64,000 nucleotides of DNA, taken from contig OY969564.1 of assembly GCA_963701095.1 (NCBI GenBank), positions 2,016,001-2,080,000 on the forward strand, read 5' to 3'. The translations under genes were made by a program, and so were the position numbers. This stretch comes from an uncultured Methanoregulaceae archaeon (GTDB lineage: Archaea > Halobacteriota > Methanomicrobia > Methanomicrobiales > Methanospirillaceae). This document shows positions 32,740 through 43,999 of the stretch, piece after piece (within the stretch, counting starts at the first letter, position 1; the number at the start of each line of letters is the position of its first letter). The notes under the pieces were generated by a model. That model searched no databases. It was not told the DNA's origin and saw only the letters and a program-made list of their open reading frames with translations.

Positions 32740-33870
32740 TTAGGCCTTTTTATCCATGCAGGCATTCAAGACGTGCTCCATAAAATGGAGCGTGCCACCT
32801 ATACCAACAAGTGGGGGATATGCAAGCCGGACCTGTCCCCGGAGAGGAGGGATTATACCCAAAAACGCTCTACCGGAGCTTAACGAACGCTCGAATGACG
32901 ATCCAATCACGAGATCCGGTTCGAGTACGGTGATTGTATCTCTGACTTCTTCGAGTCCGGTTAGTCTTTCTACCCGGTAATCCATGTTGGGCAGTGCAGA
33001 AGGATCATTTCGTGTACCAACAACAAGAATCTGCGCATCAAGATACCGTTTCAGTGAATCGGCAGCGAAGAGAGCATAGGAAGCGCCCGCAAATACCACC
33101 ACTCCTGGTGGATCATACCGGCGAAGAAACTTATCGCAGGAATGGATTATTCGTTCTTCTTGTTTATCAATTTCATTAAAAACGGGATCCATATTGGCGC
33201 ATGTGTACCTTGCTGCTAGTTTTTTACAGGTTTCGCGAAGGACGGGTATACCCAGGGTTCCTCCTATGTATTCACCAACACCGGATTTAAAATCCTCATT
33301 AGTTCCAACAGTCAGCTGAGACGCCCGTCCGATATTCTCGGACGTGTCCCGGCAAAATATCGTGCCTATAGGTATCATGGCAGTGTGCAGGATTCGGGAA
33401 ATTTCCTGTACATTTCCCTCATAAAACGGATCAGATAGCGAGACGCCATCAATATTAATCCCTGGTCTCCCCGGATCTGTTACTGGAGAGAGCGCAGAAA
33501 GTGCAGTATGATACCCTGTTTCCATCTCCCCGACAAATCCGGGACTGTCGACAATAATAACGTCGTTATCATCGAGCAGTGATTCTATGTCTTCACCAAG
33601 AACTGACGGTACACAGGTTGTGACAACAGCAATCCTGTTGCCTTTATTGGACAGGTCACCTATAACCTCGCGAAGCCGATTTCCAGACCCGAAAATCACC
33701 TCATTTTCAAGAATAAAGGTTCCATGCAGGGGTGCATGCAGCAGGGTCGCCGGATAATAATAGCACCCGCTGGAGCCATGGATAACGACCGTGATACCTT
33801 CAAAACCAGCGAGGCACGCCGCGGCACCAGTCATGGCACAGGGCCACAATGGCGTTATGCAATCAGGCAT
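32740..33870 (-). CDS. Nitrogenase component-1-like oxidoreductase subunit
   Basis: WPCAMTGA, IHGSSGC and TTCVP cysteine spacing; ENEVIFG; DLVIGSSFE. Confidence 0.85.
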   Translation of the reverse strand: MPDCITPLWPCAMTGAAACLAGFEGITVVIHGSSGCYYYPATLLHAPLHGTFILENEVIFGSGNRLREVIGDLSNKGNRIAVVTTCVPSVLGEDIESLLDDNDVIIVDSPGFVGEMETGYHTALSALSPVTDPGRPGINIDGVSLSDPFYEGNVQEISRILHTAMIPIGTIFCRDTSENIGRASQLTVGTNEDFKSGVGEYIGGTLGIPVLRETCKKLAARYTCANMDPVFNEIDKQEERIIHSCDKFLRRYDPPGVVVFAGASYALFAADSLKRYLDAQILVVGTRNDPSALPNMDYRVERLTGLEEVRDTITVLEPDLVIGSSFERSLSSGRAFLGIIPPLRGQVRLAYPPLVGIGGTLHFMEHVLNACMDKKA

Positions 33871-34903
33871 GAAGGACCCTCCTCCACCTGTGGAGCATTC
33901 TCCGTATACCGGTGATTCCTATGGGAGCCGTAACTGGTATCGGTACCGGGCGCCCCAAGGGTGTGATTTCGAGCATCAGGACACGAGCAACGTCATAAGC
34001 TATCTGGCTCCCTTCTGGATCCCGGGGAGAAGGAGAAAAAAAGATACCGGCGCCGGTAATATCCTCAAAATCGTCGAATGTTTCTGATGTCAGTGCGCGC
34101 TCGTCAGCAACAGCTTGCCGGGGATCTATGCTGCAGGCATCGGCAACCGATTCGAGGAAAGCGATAGTACCGGAGATCCCTACAGGAAAAGCAGGGATAT
34201 AAGGTGTCTTGAAACGTTCTTTGAGATATTCTCCAACTGGGATAAGTGATGGATCACGGAGTATATTGAGCCGCGCTGCACCGAGCGTAGCAATTTGGGT
34301 TGTAGTAAGGTCATGGACAAACCGTATATTTACGGATAGGCCAAGAAGGGAAAGTAATCGGGAGACCTCGGTGAAATTTTCGTCGACTTCATATTCCAGA
34401 TTTTTCTCTCCTATGATGTTTACTTTTCCGTTCCCCTGGGTTGGTTCTGCCATACCGGCAAGTGCGATGAGTGCATTATTGACACCAATCTGGAAAGATC
34501 CCCCAAGGAATCCGGCTGTCGGTACTACGAAAACCGGCGTTCCAGATTTCGTGCTGCATACCATCCCGACGTCATCGCCGATGGTGTCTACAATGCAGGT
34601 CGAGAGCACAAAAACAGCCCCTGGTCTGCGTGCGATTACGGTATCGAGGGCGCGGTCAAGAACTGCCTCTCCACCGAATATCACATCAGATTCCGAAAGT
34701 CCGGTTGAAATGAGCGGGGGAAGTGAGATAAAATCGTTATCGAGACTCGTGGCATGCAGGAGCGAAAAATTGTGATGCGTACATCCTCCGGGGCCGTGAA
34801 CAACGGTTATCGCGTCGCTGACATGGGTTGTTACTGTGAGTGCCCCGGTGAGGGTACACCCCGCCGACCTACATGAATTCGATAGCAAGGGCTTCAAGAT
34901 CAT
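33863..34903 (-). CDS. Nitrogenase component-1-like oxidoreductase subunit
   Basis: [23 protein letters not shown] and [11 protein letters not shown] motifs. Confidence 0.85.
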   Translation of the reverse strand: MILKPLLSNSCRSAGCTLTGALTVTTHVSDAITVVHGPGGCTHHNFSLLHATSLDNDFISLPPLISTGLSESDVIFGGEAVLDRALDTVIARRPGAVFVLSTCIVDTIGDDVGMVCSTKSGTPVFVVPTAGFLGGSFQIGVNNALIALAGMAEPTQGNGKVNIIGEKNLEYEVDENFTEVSRLLSLLGLSVNIRFVHDLTTTQIATLGAARLNILRDPSLIPVGEYLKERFKTPYIPAFPVGISGTIAFLESVADACSIDPRQAVADERALTSETFDDFEDITGAGIFFSPSPRDPEGSQIAYDVARVLMLEITPLGRPVPIPVTAPIGITGIRRMLHRWRRVLHA

Positions 34904-35681
34904 CAATCTCAAGCGGCGTCGGGATAGTAAATTGAGTGTTCTCCATAACCCGAGTAGCAAGATCCCGGTACACATTTGCCTGAGCGGAGTCGGGTTCGTA
35001 CTCGATCACTGTTTTACGGTTCAGCTCAGCCAGCTGCACGGAGCGATCACGGGGAATAAACTGGGTAAGATTGCTGTTTACCCGGCGGGCAAATTCAGAT
35101 ACGAGTTCTTCTTCCCGCGGCTGGTTTTTTGCATTACAGATCACTCCGGCAAGACGACACCTGCTTTTTGGCCGGGCGCTCAGGCGCAGGATCGCTTTAC
35201 AGATATTATTGGCCGCGTAAAGGGACATGAGCTCACCTGAAGTAATGAGATAAACTTCCTGCGCATATCCCTCCCTCATCGGCATAGCAAACCCCCCGCA
35301 GACAACATCGCCGAGCACATCATAGACAATAACGTCGCCCGTAAGTGTTCCAAATTTCTCCAGCAATTGAAATGTAGCGATGATCCCCCGACCGGCGCAG
35401 CCGACACCAGGCTCTGGTCCTCCAGCCTCAACACAACGGATCCTGTTAAATCCGGTGTAGACCACATCGGATGGTGTTACGAACTCGGTTCCCCGCTCCC
35501 GGACAAGATCCATCACGGTCGGAATAAACTTCCCCTGCATCAGCATACGGGTGCTATCTCGCTTGGGATCGCACCCGATCTGAAGAACATCATACCCTGC
35601 GCATGAGAGGGCTGCGGAGAGGTTTGCTGATGTTGTGGACTTTCCGATCCCTCCCTTTCCATACAGGGCGATCTGTTTCAT
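34869..35681 (-). CDS. NifH-like Fe protein (nitrogenase-like reductase)
   Basis: [32 protein letters not shown] and [10 protein letters not shown] motifs. Confidence 0.93.
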   Translation of the reverse strand: MKQIALYGKGGIGKSTTSANLSAALSCAGYDVLQIGCDPKRDSTRMLMQGKFIPTVMDLVRERGTEFVTPSDVVYTGFNRIRCVEAGGPEPGVGCAGRGIIATFQLLEKFGTLTGDVIVYDVLGDVVCGGFAMPMREGYAQEVYLITSGELMSLYAANNICKAILRLSARPKSRCRLAGVICNAKNQPREEELVSEFARRVNSNLTQFIPRDRSVQLAELNRKTVIEYEPDSAQANVYRDLATRVMENTQFTIPTPLEIDDLEALAIEFM

Positions 35682-35819
35682 AGCCGTACTATTGGATGGT
35701 AGTTTATATTAGATCTCCCGATGTTAACAAAAGTAGATTTGTTTTTGGATCCTTTTTAAGGCAAAAACTTTGTACTCAGGCTCTTAACATAAAAAACGAA
35801 AAATATGGATTCAGCCGTA

Positions 35820-36198
35820 TTATTGCTTGTTGGTCCAGAGTCCATGAACACTGCAGAATTCCCGGGCTTTGACATTTACATCACTGATCGGGAATTCAGC
35901 ATCGGGTTTCTCCCCGTCGGAGCCACCGGATATATGCATTATTTCCTGAACGGACCTCAATCCATTGGATATAGTGTTTTTCTTCCATCGGATGGGGAAC
36001 TGATCCAACTTTGACGAGAATACCTCCCGCTGTTTTCTCGATGACCGGAACGTGCTTCTCTTTACCCTGATCAGCGGTTTTTTCCTGCTGGAGAGCCATC
36101 GGTTTCCCGCAACATACCATAGTGCCACCAGATGCTCCGACAACCATTACGGTGTTTCCGCATACTTCGCACTTGTAAACCTCGAAGAGTTTTGTCAT
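35820..36198 (-). CDS. dfx: Desulfoferrodoxin / superoxide reductase (apparent frameshift near 35905)
   Basis: YKCEVCGN, VCCG, EKHVP and HPMEEKHYIQW, then AREFCSVHGLW in the shifted frame. Confidence 0.92.
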
Positions 36199-36214
36199 TT
36201 TAGTTGCTCCGCCT

Positions 36215-37414
36215 TTACATGATGTTAATCTCTTTATGCTTTTTTAAGATTTCGTCTGCAAGCCTATCGAGGGCCTGCATAGTTGCTTCATCCGGCTCAC
36301 CAAGCACCATCACCGGTGGGATTACATCGACATTAACATGGTCAAGCATCTTGGTAATCATTTCAGCGCTCTTACCCCCCCATCCAAAGGAGCCAATCAC
36401 GGACGCAAACCGGGTTTTGGGCCTTAAAACATTGACAAGATATGTTGCTGAAACGACTGACGGATGAGGGCCGAAAAGGACGGTAGGTGTTGCGATAACG
36501 ATTGTAGCTGCGTCCACCAGGGAATAAGCTAATTCGCCTATATCTGTATGGGTGAGGTTGTATGGCTTGACAACAATACCCCGGGCAATAAGCGCACCGG
36601 TGAGGTGATCCACCATTTTCGCCGTGCTTCCGTGCATGGAAATATACGGTATTATTACTTCATTTTTAACCGTTTCCGATACCCACTCTTCGTAGGCGTC
36701 AAGAATAAACCGGGGGTTTCTATTGACCGGGCCGTGGCTTGGTGCAATCATAACCGGGGAGATCTTACGGACCTTCTCAACGTAACTTTTAATACTCCCA
36801 CGGAACGGCATCATGATTTCGGCATAGTACCGTTTTGCAGAACGGTACGCCCATGCATCATCTGTAATAAATAATTCGGTTGTCGCTGCATGGAATCCGA
36901 AGAGATCGCAGGAAAAAAGAATTTTATCCTCCTCAAGGAACGTGATCTGGGTTTCAGGCCAGTGCGTCCAGGGTGTAATAAAAAACCGGAGGGTCCGGTC
37001 ACCAAGCGAAAGGGTCTCGCCTTCTGTAATAATAACAAAACGTTCCTGCGGGATATGCAACAGAGCAATAAGAAGATCCCTGCATTTTGCATTCGTCACC
37101 ACTTTCGCATCCGGGTAAAATTCAAGGATCATCGGGAGGGCACCGGAGTGGTCCTGTTCGGCATGGTTGACAACGATATAATCGATGACTTCCAAGCCCA
37201 ATTTTACAAGATTCGAAATAAGATCATATTCCTTAGAAGGATCAACTGTGTCGATAAGTGCAGTTTTCTTGCTGCCCCTTATAAGATATGCATTATAACT
37301 TGTCCCTTCCGGTAATGGAATCAATTCATCGAAAATCCGCCGGTCAAAATCGTACGCCCCGACAGCATATATTCCGGTAACAAGTTCACGGGAGACCATA
37401 ACAACCACCAGCAT
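36215..37414 (-). CDS. fprA: Flavodiiron protein (FprA family)
   Basis: GTSYNAY, NHAEQDHSG, HWPE, SCD and PSHG; flavodoxin SMHGST and GSFGWGG. Confidence 0.93.
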   Translation of the reverse strand: MLVVVMVSRELVTGIYAVGAYDFDRRIFDELIPLPEGTSYNAYLIRGSKKTALIDTVDPSKEYDLISNLVKLGLEVIDYIVVNHAEQDHSGALPMILEFYPDAKVVTNAKCRDLLIALLHIPQERFVIITEGETLSLGDRTLRFFITPWTHWPETQITFLEEDKILFSCDLFGFHAATTELFITDDAWAYRSAKRYYAEIMMPFRGSIKSYVEKVRKISPVMIAPSHGPVNRNPRFILDAYEEWVSETVKNEVIIPYISMHGSTAKMVDHLTGALIARGIVVKPYNLTHTDIGELAYSLVDAATIVIATPTVLFGPHPSVVSATYLVNVLRPKTRFASVIGSFGWGGKSAEMITKMLDHVNVDVIPPVMVLGEPDEATMQALDRLADEILKKHKEINIM

Positions 37415-37475
37415 TTATCTTATATTTGAATAACCGTTTTGATATTACTCAAAAAGAAAGGAAGGACGAGGCCTC

Positions 37476-37985
37476 CTATTGAATAATTCCCCAGCCGGGA
37501 AGACCTGAATTCAACAGTACAATCTGCAGGTTGGCATAGCAGATAATCAGCGTCAGGATTAAACAGGGGACAAGGAAAAATACCGGCTTAACCGCAGACC
37601 GAAGAATTTGGAGTATTGTGCAGAACAACACAACATTGACCATCACCGTTATCACGAAAGCAAAAAAAAGCGCCTGCAAATAAAAAAAAGCAACAAACCA
37701 GAATAAGAACACCGCTAGTGTGAACAGGAAAAGATTGAACGCAGCTTTAATATCAGCATGTTTGAATCCGGCAATCCATATATAATAAAGTGAAAGGCCA
37801 AAAAGACAGAAAATGAGTATGATCCCATAAAAAACAATTAAATCCGAAGGAAGAAACCCGGGTTTTTTCAGGGTGGAGTACCACCCGGGAATAGAAGTGG
37901 TGAAGAAATAAAGAGCGATATAGCCGGGAATGAGACAGGCAACCAGAGAGGCAATAAGTTTGATAGCATGATCCCCGGATTTCAT
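37476..37985 (-). CDS. TspO/MBR-like membrane protein
   Basis: WYSTLKKPGFLP motif followed by several TM helices. Confidence 0.7.
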   Translation of the reverse strand: MKSGDHAIKLIASLVACLIPGYIALYFFTTSIPGWYSTLKKPGFLPSDLIVFYGIILIFCLFGLSLYYIWIAGFKHADIKAAFNLFLFTLAVFLFWFVAFFYLQALFFAFVITVMVNVVLFCTILQILRSAVKPVFFLVPCLILTLIICYANLQIVLLNSGLPGWGIIQ

Positions 37986-38090
37986 TTATAAGGGGATATT
38001 ATTTCTGTCAGAGATATAAAGATTGTTAAACTTTCTGGAGAATGGTTTTTACTCAGATTTCGGCATTACGGATTATAACAGCTGAAAAAA

Positions 38091-39074
38091 TTATGCGGTG
38101 GAATTATTGATAGTAAACGCGGAGCCTGCTGATCCCATCGTACCGTCCGTAGTTATCGCATTAACATTATACACGCCAAAGGGAGCTGTATCGGGTATTG
38201 CGAGAGTACAGCTGACAGAGGTAGAAGACGGTTCGGGGTTTGTACAGGAAACCTGTGTTAAACCGTCGGATGAAACCAAGGTAACAATTGCTACATTCCC
38301 GAGTGTTTGTCCATGAACTGTCAGCGTATACGACCCTCCCTGATTTCCACTCGTAGGATTGATACTGCTGATAACTGGTGTCGGCAATCCTATAGTAAAA
38401 GCTGTCATGGATGATCTGCCGTCGGGATTAGTTATTTTGACATTTGCCGGGCCTGCATTTACGTTATTTATATTAATTGTACCGGAAATTTGCGTGGAGG
38501 TAACCGAAACGCCTGTGGCAACGATTGGCTGGAAACCTGCCTGGACCAGCTGCAAAGTTGCTCCGTTCTGGAAATTCGTCCCGGTAAGAGTGACAGAAAC
38601 ACTCGAATCCAACGATCCTGTGGTGGGAGAAACCGCACTCACTAGTGGACCGCTTCCTGTAAGCGTGGTGGTGACCGTGGTCGGGATGGTAACTGTCGCG
38701 ACTGGTACAGATGAGACCGAAACCTGAGTAAGTAAGTCGGGATATATTTTCTCCATATCTGCCCGGGGGAAATTTTCCTGATCGCCGGTAACCTGGTTCC
38801 AGGAGCCATCAGGATTTTTCACTACTTGAACACGGGTGTACAGGTCTGAATTCGGATCATAGGAAATAATCATCCATAGGGGAGCTGATGCATTGTTTGT
38901 TACAATATCTCCCGCCGAATATTTTGATTCAGTCTGGGTAGTGACCTTTGCAATTGTCGTGGTCGTTGAGGTCGAGTCTGAACAACCGGCGAGAAAAATA
39001 CAGAGTAAAAGAATAAGAACAGACACGAGGCCATAATAAAATTTTTCGGTCATATCATACCGTTCTGCATCCAA
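38091..39074 (-). CDS. Lipoprotein-like surface protein with two IPT/TIG domains
   Basis: LAGC lipobox, Thr-rich linkers, VSP..G...LTGTNF and INP.SG..G repeats. Confidence 0.75.
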   Translation of the reverse strand: MDAERYDMTEKFYYGLVSVLILLLCIFLAGCSDSTSTTTTIAKVTTQTESKYSAGDIVTNNASAPLWMIISYDPNSDLYTRVQVVKNPDGSWNQVTGDQENFPRADMEKIYPDLLTQVSVSSVPVATVTIPTTVTTTLTGSGPLVSAVSPTTGSLDSSVSVTLTGTNFQNGATLQLVQAGFQPIVATGVSVTSTQISGTININNVNAGPANVKITNPDGRSSMTAFTIGLPTPVISSINPTSGNQGGSYTLTVHGQTLGNVAIVTLVSSDGLTQVSCTNPEPSSTSVSCTLAIPDTAPFGVYNVNAITTDGTMGSAGSAFTINNSTA

Positions 39075-39121
39075 ATTGATAAAAATTTTGATTAAAAAGA
39101 TAATTCTGTTCAGAACCTATC

Positions 39122-39985
39122 CTATTTTTCTGGCAATACAACCGTTCTGTAATGCCGGGAAAAATACCAATGGATTCCCGCAAGAATACCTATGACAAGG
39201 AATCCACATAAAACTACAACCGGGTTGAAGGTATTGAGATATTCCGGATCTATCCGGGTATTTAGTAGAATCATAAGACATGATGTGACAACTATAACTG
39301 TCGCATAGACATCACGGAAAGCAAAGAAAAAAAGTGCAGAAACCAGACCTGCTGCGAAGAACCCGGAAAAGATCTGCCGAAAATCCGGGCCTGTAAAAAG
39401 AATTGACATGGAAAGGGCAAAAATGAGAGCCGTTATCAGCGTTCCGGTACAGATAGAAATTATTGCTCCTCCATGGCGAACATAGGCCTGGATATGTGTC
39501 CCTATCAATACCCAGCATATCATTACCGCCGCGACAGCAGTCGGTAGGAAAAAGATAAAGAGTATTATCGCCCCCGCACGATCTGGTCCCACCGCATCTC
39601 CTGTCAAAACAAAGAACGTGTATCCGGCAAGTGCAGTAATGCCGACAGCGGTCACAGTCCGGCGTACCGATCGGAACCCGATCTGAAACATGTTGATCGC
39701 ACCCGAAAGAAAAGCTGCCTTGATTCGCAGAACAGGAACAATGATTCCCATAAGCCCACACGAAAGTACCGTGAAGAATACTAGCCCCGGAAAACTGGCT
39801 TTGGAAAAAAGATGGGGAGTTACAGCAAGAAGAAAATTCTCCAGCTGCCAGATGATTGCGATAATAAAGGGTATGATGATCAACGTCAGCGGGGAAGAAT
39901 TGCGTATCCCCCGATGGGGACCCTCTTCACCTCTTATTCCGGTATTATCCATTTTTATTCTTCCTTGAATACCCCGGATCCTCAA
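39122..39985 (-). CDS. Multi-pass membrane protein, unknown function
   Basis: About 8 hydrophobic segments. Confidence 0.65.
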   Translation of the reverse strand: MRIRGIQGRIKMDNTGIRGEEGPHRGIRNSSPLTLIIIPFIIAIIWQLENFLLAVTPHLFSKASFPGLVFFTVLSCGLMGIIVPVLRIKAAFLSGAINMFQIGFRSVRRTVTAVGITALAGYTFFVLTGDAVGPDRAGAIILFIFFLPTAVAAVMICWVLIGTHIQAYVRHGGAIISICTGTLITALIFALSMSILFTGPDFRQIFSGFFAAGLVSALFFFAFRDVYATVIVVTSCLMILLNTRIDPEYLNTFNPVVVLCGFLVIGILAGIHWYFSRHYRTVVLPEK

Positions 39986-40030
39986 AATTATAGCCCGGGA
40001 TCACTGTACGAGACAGTGCCGGGATAGTAA

Positions 40031-40879
40031 TCACTTTGATGCTTCAAAAAAGTCGTGGATCCGGTGCATACGTTCTTCGACAGGAAGATTGCGGAGGGGG
40101 TTACGATCATTAAAAGTGGGGAGGGACTTTTCATAGAACACCCCCAATGAGATTGGTGTATCGCGGTTGTAATCCCATTCCCGTGCTTTTGCACATGCCA
40201 TAGCAAAATCACCGGCATTGTGACCTGTCAGATCGTATACTCTTTGCCCATAGTATTCAGTCATGTTGAAGAAGCTGGCGCATATCTGAAGGACATCGAT
40301 AAAGGCAAAACCTTTGTGCATAATCCCTTGCTGGATTAATTGAGCCAGCTGCGGCATCTTTCTGGTATAGCCCCGGGCGATATATGTGGCACCGCTTGCA
40401 AGCATTAATTCTAACGGATTGAAGGGATACTCAGTCGTTCCTGCCGGAGTAGATTTTCCCCGGAAACCAAGCGGAGATGTGGGCGTGTATTGCCCTGTAG
40501 TAAGGCCGTAGACCCGGTTGTTATGAACTATCATCGTAATATCGATATTCCTTTTTGCTGCAAAGATTAGGTGGTCAAGTCCCTCCGCGTACGCGTCCCC
40601 GTCACCAGCGCTGCAGAGGACCGTAAGTCGGGGATTGGCGAGTTTTATCCCGGTAGCAACCGGGATCGTTCTTCCATGTATTGCATAAACGCTGTTAATA
40701 TTGAGATAATCAGCAATCTTTGCATGACACCCGATGCCGGAGACCAGCACTACATCATCAAGAGAGTGACCCTCCTTTTCAAGGCTGGAGAGGATATCCT
40801 TGAGCGTATGCTGGATTGCGAAATTCCCACATCCTGGACACCATGTGTTCTGCACAGGAGTAATCAGATTCCGTGTCAT
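40031..40879 (-). CDS. 2-oxoacid:ferredoxin oxidoreductase beta subunit
   Basis: WCPGCGN, SGIGC, HGR and GDGD...NN (TPP motif), YGLTTGQ. Confidence 0.93.
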   Translation of the reverse strand: MTRNLITPVQNTWCPGCGNFAIQHTLKDILSSLEKEGHSLDDVVLVSGIGCHAKIADYLNINSVYAIHGRTIPVATGIKLANPRLTVLCSAGDGDAYAEGLDHLIFAAKRNIDITMIVHNNRVYGLTTGQYTPTSPLGFRGKSTPAGTTEYPFNPLELMLASGATYIARGYTRKMPQLAQLIQQGIMHKGFAFIDVLQICASFFNMTEYYGQRVYDLTGHNAGDFAMACAKAREWDYNRDTPISLGVFYEKSLPTFNDRNPLRNLPVEERMHRIHDFFEASK

Positions 40880-42531
40880 GGTGCCACTACCTCCAGAACT
40901 TTCACAAACAGTTCATCCGGAGTAAACGGTCGACCATCATACTTGAGAATGGTTGCCCCAACCCCGTTGCCATGCTCACGGACAAGTGCCGCTAACTGGC
41001 CGGTTGCATTTTCTTCGACCGCTATCAACCGTTGTACTCCCTGGCAAGCGACAGAAAACTGCTGTTCTGGGAACGGTGACAACACAACTGGTTGAATAAC
41101 CCGCAAACCCAACCGCGCTGCAACTTCGTCACAAGCATTGCGGACCGAACCCCAACAGAGAAGGGCCGTAGTTGCACCAGCAGATCCTCTAACATTTATG
41201 CAGGGATACAGGTTCAGTTCTTCTTTGAGTTTCGCCTCTTTTTTCCGGCGTTTCTCCGTCATCTGTGTTACTATCTTCGCTTCTTCTGTAGTTATCCCCC
41301 CCTCATCATGCGCATAGCTATTCACTTTGACAATCGCATCTTTCCCGCCAGGGAAAGCGAGCGGAGATATCCCGGACGGTGTGTCGCGATATCTCAAGTA
41401 GGGAGCGTCGCCGTCCCAGAGAACGGGATCCGCTACCGGCAGATTACCAAGCTGGTTATTATCGACACTATAGGTCCCCTCTGAAAGTGTTTTATCAAGG
41501 AGAATAAATGCCGGAATCTGGTATTTCCAGGAAAGGCGGATCGCAGCCGCAGACCAGAGATAAGCCTCACCAGGATCGGCAGGCGCCGCGACAAATCGGG
41601 GAAACTCACCCTGTCCCGCATGCAGGACAAAATTAAGATCCGCCTGGCCCGTGTACGTCGGCAGGCCGGTAGATGGGCCGGTCCTCTGGGAAACTACAAT
41701 AACTATCGGGATTTCTGCCATAGCCGCAAATGAAAGTCCTTCAGTCATCAGACAAAAACCGCCCCCGGAAGATCCAATGGCAGTTCTTGCCCCGGCGACA
41801 GCGCTGCCCAGTGCCATTAGAATGACAGCAATCTCGTTCTCCGGGTGGACGACTGTTATCCCGAATCGTTCTGCATTCCCGGCAAGGAAGTGAAGTAGGG
41901 TTGAAGCAGGAGTCATTGGGTACGCAATATATGAAGAAAGCCCCCCGGCTACAAGACCGAGTCCGATTGCCTCATTACCAGAGAGAAGGCTGTGTGCCGG
42001 GCCGGGAATAGCTGATATTGGCCGGGTAGTTTTTGTCTGATCGTACGCCCTCCGGGCAATACGGCTATTCTCCTCTGCCTTAGGCATATGCAAACGAAAT
42101 ACTTCGTCGACAATTTCCCATGGAATGCCAGCAGATTTTGCAAAAGCACCAATCATTGCAGAGTTTGCGGTAATTGGTGCGGCAGATTCCTCCTTAAGAA
42201 TAGCATTTACCGAAACGTTCTGGCCGTTTTGCACTGATTTTACCAGGTCCGCATTTGCTACTACCGTGCAATCAGGGCATTGGGGGAGATGCAGGTTGAG
42301 TGTTTCCTGGTTGAGTGCCACCAGATAGTCGATATGGTTATTGTAAGCGCCGACAGGAATGTCTGCCGCACGTATCAGTGCATAATTATGTCCGCCGCGG
42401 ATAAGCGAAGGATAGTCTGTATATATATAGACATAATAGCCGAGATGGTTGAAAAGCTGGGCAATAATCGCCCCTGCATTATTGATCCCATCCCCCGCCT
42501 TGCCACCAACGATTACGGAAACCTCCTTCAT
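40876..42531 (-). CDS. 2-oxoacid:ferredoxin oxidoreductase alpha (gamma-alpha fusion) subunit
   Basis: GGKAGDG, IRGGHN, YPMTPAS, ENEIA and QRTGPSTGLPT motifs. Confidence 0.93.
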   Translation of the reverse strand: MKEVSVIVGGKAGDGINNAGAIIAQLFNHLGYYVYIYTDYPSLIRGGHNYALIRAADIPVGAYNNHIDYLVALNQETLNLHLPQCPDCTVVANADLVKSVQNGQNVSVNAILKEESAAPITANSAMIGAFAKSAGIPWEIVDEVFRLHMPKAEENSRIARRAYDQTKTTRPISAIPGPAHSLLSGNEAIGLGLVAGGLSSYIAYPMTPASTLLHFLAGNAERFGITVVHPENEIAVILMALGSAVAGARTAIGSSGGGFCLMTEGLSFAAMAEIPIVIVVSQRTGPSTGLPTYTGQADLNFVLHAGQGEFPRFVAAPADPGEAYLWSAAAIRLSWKYQIPAFILLDKTLSEGTYSVDNNQLGNLPVADPVLWDGDAPYLRYRDTPSGISPLAFPGGKDAIVKVNSYAHDEGGITTEEAKIVTQMTEKRRKKEAKLKEELNLYPCINVRGSAGATTALLCWGSVRNACDEVAARLGLRVIQPVVLSPFPEQQFSVACQGVQRLIAVEENATGQLAALVREHGNGVGATILKYDGRPFTPDELFVKVLEVVAP

Positions 42532-42623
42532 ACACCGTCCTCTTCTTCTCTGATGTTTCCGGGAACGGTAAATATTTTGGGATAATGACGGTCTTTAAAG
42601 GTATATAATTCTGATAAAAAAGA

Positions 42624-43013
42624 TCATTTTCTGTTGATCATGCTTTCAAGCAGTGTTTTCATCTCATTTATCCGGTACGGTTTTGTCAGCCTGCCGGAAA
42701 AACCGTAGCTGGCGAAATCCTGCATGACCGGGTCATTAGTATATCCGCTTGATACAACAGCTTTTACTTCAGGATCGAATTGAAGAAGTTTTTGTATCGT
42801 CTCCTCCCCTCCCATCCCCTCAGGAATGGTAAGATCAATAATAACGAGATCGAAAGGCCGGCCCGCTTTTTTTTCCTGTGCGTACAACTCAATTGCCGCT
42901 CCGCCCTCCCGTGCAAATGCAGCATCGTACCCAAGGAACCGGAGCACCTCCCGGGAAACATCAAGAATGATCTCCTCATCATCAACCAGGAGCACTCTCC
43001 CTTTATCCGCCAT
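42624..43013 (-). CDS. Stand-alone response regulator receiver
   Basis: LLVDDE, IIDLTIP (phospho-Asp), SSGY and KPY motifs. Confidence 0.92.
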   Translation of the reverse strand: MADKGRVLLVDDEEIILDVSREVLRFLGYDAAFAREGGAAIELYAQEKKAGRPFDLVIIDLTIPEGMGGEETIQKLLQFDPEVKAVVSSGYTNDPVMQDFASYGFSGRLTKPYRINEMKTLLESMINRK

Positions 43014-43177
43014 GCCTTTCCCCTTTTGTTTTATACTTCACATGGGTGAACTATATATTTATCCCGTCGCAGCTTTATAGTTCTGAAATTTATCGGAGCA
43101 GGTCTTCAATCATATGCGAGGATGATTCCCGTATGGCTTAGTGCAGCTATTTTTAAAATCGTACTCTTCAGATAGAT

Positions 43178-43462
43178 TTATTTTTTGACCTTTTTCAATG
43201 ACCTCAACCTTGCTGCCTCTTCTGCATCCTGCACCCTCAACAGGAATGTTCCATGGCAGGGCTTTGTATACGGGAATATTACATAATCGCCATCAAGTCC
43301 AACGGCGATCGGAGGAACACCAATTGTGTGCACGTCAAATATCTTGAATCCGGGTTCGACATCGATTGATTCTGAAAAGTGGCTCTTGATGTACTCCCGG
43401 CACTCTTTGAACGACGCGTCGCGAATCAATATCTCGTAATTGAGCTCTTCTACGCAGCCCAT
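43178..43462 (-). CDS. DUF1894 protein
   Basis: SFKECREYI and FPYTKPCHGTF; paired with DUF1890. Confidence 0.8.
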   Translation of the reverse strand: MGCVEELNYEILIRDASFKECREYIKSHFSESIDVEPGFKIFDVHTIGVPPIAVGLDGDYVIFPYTKPCHGTFLLRVQDAEEAARLRSLKKVKK

Positions 43463-43920
43463 GGTGCCACCTCATCGATTGCTTTTTTCAACGGTAAGGG
43501 ATTGTGGACAGCTTTTGCTGCAATCTTAGTACAGGGAAAGGTTATCTGGCTGACAAGGTCTTCCTCATGCTCGCCGTAGACCAGCGTGTAGATGCGTGCC
43601 TTTGAGATTACAGCCATGGTCGCAGCATAACTGATACCTGCATCATTATGGATAAAAACAAAACACTGGTCAAAGTCCCTCTTTTTCTCGGTGATTTGAG
43701 CGACAGCGCGGTCAAGATCCATTATTTCCCCGATGTAATGCCGGTCCGGATCTGCTACGAGAAGCAAGGTATTTGCTGCCTTATTACCGGCAATAACCGG
43801 GATTATCCCCGCTGATTTGAACCGGTTAATCAGGTACAGCGCTATGCTCGTCTGGACGGGCACCTGCGGGCACCCCAACACAAAAAGAACTGTTTTTTGG
43901 GGACTGGTATCTGGACACAT
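43450..43920 (-). CDS. DUF1890 protein
   Basis: LGCPQVPVQ, ADPDRHY, HNDAG and HNPLPL motifs. Confidence 0.82.
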   Translation of the reverse strand: MCPDTSPQKTVLFVLGCPQVPVQTSIALYLINRFKSAGIIPVIAGNKAANTLLLVADPDRHYIGEIMDLDRAVAQITEKKRDFDQCFVFIHNDAGISYAATMAVISKARIYTLVYGEHEEDLVSQITFPCTKIAAKAVHNPLPLKKAIDEVAPWAA

Positions 43921-43999
43921 GGCCTGCTCCCGGTTATTTGTACTTATTTTTGCGCGAGGCAATAATGTTGTGTATCCTGCATGCTCACGCGGTTTTTAT

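Noticed and set aside
32740..35681. Functional nitrogen-fixation (nifHDK) operon
   Set aside because: Component-1 subunits are too short and there are no nifEN, nifB or nifI genes.
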